DNA of 64,000 bases from Laetmonice hystrix (Eukaryota): positions 8,618,001 to 8,682,000 of the forward strand of contig OZ249445.1 in assembly GCA_965235115.1 (NCBI GenBank), read 5' to 3'. Position 1 is the first letter of the stretch. Each line of letters opens with the position of its first letter. Position numbers and translations under genes: made by a program. The notes below the pieces were generated by a model that was not told the DNA's origin, ran no database searches, and saw only the letters and a list, made by a program, of their open reading frames with translations. Of this stretch, positions 61,793 through 64,000 are shown in pieces.

Positions 61793-62862
61793 CATTGCAG
61801 TAGCACTGCCAGTTTCGTCTTATTATGATAGAGCCGTTTCTAGTCAGTGGGAGCTTGTGGGAACAGGGTGAATTCTCCGCGTGGTTGTGCAGTATACGCA
61901 TTGACAATGATAACATCAGAATCGTAAAGGTGGATACAGGTACTACACAGTACTAAATAACTTTGTACATAATGTACTTACTTGAAACGTACATCGTAAA
62001 TTACACCGATCATGAAAATGTCATTTGTGCAATCTTGGCAGACATGCTCAAACTTTTACTGCTACTCCGATACTACATTGCGCTCAGGTGAAATCCCATC
62101 TACTGGATATATACATGGACTATCAATAGCAATGGTACTATACATTGTACTCATTGCTAGCCATATCAATTATTACCTAAGGTTTACCGAAAGTTTGGGG
62201 AACACGCTTAACTTCCTGCTCCAAGTCACTTTCAACATGTTAATCCGGGTGTTCTCTCTTTCTGTTTGTCCTACAGTGACCAACTGAAGGATATCAGCGA
62301 CCTTTACTTCGGGGTCATCTGTTACCAAGGTCAGGGAAAGTTGTGGCCAGGAGATGCCGTGTAGATAGGAGACATCCGGGGCCAGCATCTCGTGTCTCAT
62401 GTGTGGAAACTGAACACTTATAATCTACCGTCATTTGGCGAACGTCTGCAGGTGAGATGACACTTTTCATGTCCCAGCTCCTTCCGTTTATTGCACAATG
62501 TACTGTATGCTTTTTCTCCTCGTGCAATTGTCAGATATGTTTATGTGCAGTTACGATCGGGCCATAACACATTACGATACACTTGCGTGTATAGTGTATA
62601 CCGTCATGGTTTCGATATGTTGTCCGGTATTATCCTTGACTTTCCTTGTCCCATTGTGATTACCACTAGACTCCCTCTTCTGTAATTGTATACCCTTCTA
62701 AAATCTTGGATCTGCCCCTGCGTTTGTAAGTTATGGCCAAGGATTTTCATTTTCTAGTAAAGCACGAGTTTCTTCTTCAAAAGGTCGCACAGAATTCATA
62801 CTAACTGTAAACCCCACGTTTCATACCTGTATGATAGCGGCGATCGCAGTTTCCACGTTCGT

Positions 62863-62876
62863 CCGCTAGGTGTCAC
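62863..62876 (+). promoter_or_regulatory. CTCF-like motif
   Basis: CCGCTAGGTGTCAC. Confidence 0.4.
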
Positions 62877-63398
62877 ACTGGGACCGGAGTTGGCGGTCGT
62901 GCACAGAAAACCGAGCCAGATAATTTGTATGTACTGATGTCACGATTTGATATTTTGTGTGGGTAGCATTAGACAATCATGGACACGCCTCGTTCACAAA
63001 CACAATTATTAGTTATGGCACTGATCCGAGTACGTGTCAACTCGTACAGCGATCAGGATGATTTCACAACCAATATTTGATGATAATTCTCCTATCGTTA
63101 GGAGAGGATTTCACCTCGACTTGTGTATAGTGAGAGAATTCTCAACACGTTTCATCACTCCAGTAGCAAGTACATGTACGGGTCTATGTTTTTGTTTGAG
63201 TTTACGAGCCGTTAATCGTCCTAGAATGATTGATTATATTTACATGTGGCTTATGTGTCCGTACGTACGTACAACTCGGTGATTAACGTTAGAGTTGTGT
63301 CCAGGTGACCACACCCCATTATTACATGGTTATACGTAGAGACTACCGACTGTCGGGCAGGCTGGCGGGCGGGCGGGAGGAGGAGGAGCCAGGCTTAC

Positions 63399-63560
63399 CT
63401 GGATCTAACACGTCACGCAGTTTTTACCCCCTCCAGCCCCGTCCGAACCCTGGAGCGACCTGCCCGAGTAGACATTTCGGCGACAGAAACTGAAGCTGCC
63501 AACGCAGCGTCTCTGTTGTCGGGGCGTCTGCCGGGACGCACGCCTTTGACGTCCCTTGTC
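63399..63560 (-). other. Candidate non-coding first exon / CpG-rich promoter of a minus-strand transcript
   Basis: Consensus donor CCAG|GTAAGC (intron begins at 63398) in CpG/GC-box-rich sequence. The ATG-started frame inside stops before the donor. The 5' boundary is a guess. Confidence 0.3.
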
Positions 63561-64000
63561 AGCGTCTGTCTGCGACTTTATTTCAATCGGTTCTTTCTTT
63601 TACACCCCAGATGCATGCCCTTCCTCCACAGTCACGGCTGTGCTGCTTTTCAGTGGGAGACTGCCATAGTGATTCATGTATGATTTTCGTGCCAATGTTG
63701 CCTTATTTTAGAAAAGTTTCCTATTCGACATGATTACTTGATTAGTGATTGGTACATGCCCGTACATTCATTATCTAAGGTGATGGCAACCCTTCTTGTG
63801 TTATGACCATTGATATTATAATTTATATGAATGGTCACACAAGTGAGGTTTATAATAATATAAGCTTCCAATGGATGACTTGAGATGGATTTTACACTTC
63901 CTTTCCTAACTGGGCGTCATCTTACCTTTCTAAGCCATGAATCATGGGTGATCTTGACTAGAAAGCATGCCAGAAACATCAGATGGTGGCAGTCTGCCAC

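Noticed and set aside
62708-62720. Right TIR of a CAGGGGCGGATCC-type MITE
   Set aside because: No partner left TIR is found nearby; at most a solo remnant.
63391-63405. U1 snRNA 5' end (CTTACCTGG)
   Set aside because: The downstream sequence does not follow U1; this is simply the complement of a splice donor.

Overview
This is eukaryotic, repeat-rich, almost entirely non-coding DNA from a draft scaffold (two N gaps; roughly 42-45% GC by eye). It looks like a marine invertebrate bilaterian, inferred from spliceosomal GT-AG signals, CTCF-like motifs, TTAGGG-like tracts, poly-G-containing MITEs and tacatgta-type low complexity. It is not prokaryotic: I found no operons, RBS-led ORFs, CRISPR array, rRNA or tRNA. 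None of the listed ORFs contains a domain I can recognise with confidence, so no gene is named and the few candidate exons are low confidence. The best-supported content is a set of non-autonomous TIR elements: a nested-palindrome foldback element with TA termini, three CRE sites and an apparent 6-bp TSD; CAG...CTG elements with 5-6-bp TSDs; Harbinger-like palindromic MITEs; and a four-copy element carrying telomere-like tracts. There are also 44-bp and 20-bp tandem arrays. Scattered CpG-rich islands carry perfect nuclear-receptor direct repeats (DR5, DR2), a CAAGGT cluster with a DR4, and oriented CTCF-like sites. The window most plausibly represents a large intron or a regulatory gene desert. 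I cannot support a novel protein-coding system here.
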